From positions 13,330,001 to 13,394,000 of the forward strand of contig OZ024762.1 of NCBI GenBank assembly GCA_964016885.1: a DNA stretch of 64,000 bases, written 5' to 3'. The notes below the pieces were generated by a model. That model searched no databases. It worked only from the letters and a program-made list of their open reading frames with translations, and had not been told where the DNA came from. The DNA is from Eledone cirrhosa (Eukaryota). Both the position numbers and the translations under genes were made by a program. Positions 62,529 through 64,000 of this stretch are shown piece after piece; the stretch's first letter is position 1; each line of letters begins with the position of its first letter.

Positions 62529-63030
62529 ACGATGGTCAGCTGAAAAGTTCTTCATAGTCTGACCAAGATACTCTCACGGAATGATCAAATGAGGTTATTT
62601 TTCAACATAGTCCCTGGAAAGAAACGATGCAGTTATTAATAAAGAGAGTTGCAATTAATATAGCAAGATTTCACAGCTCTAGCATCACTCCTGCTTAGAC
62701 TGACCAAGATACTCTCATGGTATGACCAAATGAGGTTTATTTTCAACATAGTCCCTGGAAAGAAACGATGCAGTTATTAATAAAAAGAGTTGAAATTAAT
62801 ATAGCAAGATTTCACAGCACTAGCATCACTCCTGCTTAGACTGACCAAGATACTCTCATGGTATGACCAAATGAGGTTTATTTTCAACATAGTCCCTGGA
62901 AAGAAACGATGCAGTTATTAATAAAAAGAGTTGAAATTAATATAGCAAGATTTCACAGCACTAGCATCACTCCTTCTTAGACTGACCAAGATACTCTCAT
63001 GGAATGACCAAATGAGGTGTATTTTTCAAT
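62529..63030. repeat. 141-bp tandem repeat (~3.4 copies), beginning at a possible mariner-like terminus
   Basis: CTGACCAAGATACTCTC at ~62560, 62700, 62841 and 62982; preceded by TACGATGGTCAGCTGAAAAGTTC. Confidence 0.8.
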
Positions 63031-63307
63031 ATAAACTTACCCTTCCCTCTCTCTCCTTCCCTCCCTCTCTCCTTTCAGTAACATTTCTCCATCTCTCTCT
63101 TTCCCCTCCCTTCTTTCTTTCTATATCATCTCTTCCCTCTCTCTCGCCTCTTCCCTCTCTCACCTTCCCTCTCTCACTTTCCCTCCATCTTCCCCCATCC
63201 TCTCCTCTGTTCCCTTCCCTTCCTCTCATTTCTCCCCCACTCCTCATTCTCTCTCCTTTCTACACCATCTTTCCCTTTTTCTCCTTCCACCTCTGTCCCG
63301 CCTCCTT

Positions 63308-63344
<37 letters not shown>

Positions 63345-64000
63345 TTATATATATAACTGTGTACACACACACACACAAATATATATATATATATATATAT
63401 AGTTTTATATATAAAACTATATATATATACACACACACACACATATATATATATATATTTATATATATATATATATATATACACATACATATATACATAT
63501 GTATATACGCCTGAATGTTTATGTGTGTATATGTCTATATTTGTGTATATATGCATATAAACATACACCTATGTGCCAGCCATTGAAACGAAAGACATTT
63601 TGTTTCTGATCAAACAAGAGAGGACATGATACTATGTTTAGTAAACGTTGTTAAACATGGCCGCCATTTTACTTTGATTGACCCGAGAAGCTATCCTAGA
63701 TGAAAGCTTTATAATCCATACAATGTTTGGCAGTAATTTTAACCTGATTGGTGTTATGGTGATTGGGTGATTGGGTGATTGGATGATTTGATCATTCGAT
63801 GACTTTCTGATTTGGTAATTTCGTATAAAAGGAGAAAAAAAAAATATAGAAAGAAGAGTCATGGACTTTGGTGTAATCTGATAGTGAAGAAGATAAAGAG
63901 AAAAAGGGAATAAGGAGGAGATGGGAGAGAGAGAAGGAGCAAAAAAAAAGAGAAAGAGAGAGAGAGAGAGAGGGGATAGAGAGAGATATAGATGGAGAGA

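Overview
Eukaryotic, AT-rich, microsatellite-saturated animal DNA. The repeat landscape (CORE-like and Meta-like tRNA SINEs, RTE LINE ends) suggests an octopod cephalopod, which is an inference. Almost all ORFs in the supplied track are microsatellite artefacts. The only clear protein-coding gene is a complete 10-exon phosphoglucomutase (PGM1-type, + strand, CDS 30849-46812, 1689 nt, 562 aa, all GT-AG introns). The most striking non-coding signal is a dense, sequence-diverse set of type I hammerhead ribozyme (HHR) motifs: about 20 intact or near-intact cores plus remnants, read by eye. They have short palindromic stem III, the dimer-type architecture known from Penelope-like elements (PLEs) and retrozymes. 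Many sit on both arms of 280-520 bp foldback elements inserted in (TA)n, and several are inside PGM introns. One foldback also carries a divergent pair of CTCF-consensus motifs. A decayed PLE ORF (RT thumb, linker, GIY-YIG endonuclease) at ~11600-12480 is a candidate autonomous partner. Also present: SINEs, RTE 3' ends, a non-autonomous Helitron, piggyBac and mariner MITEs, TE-seeded minisatellites and a 200-N gap. All structures were folded by hand; no database searches were run.
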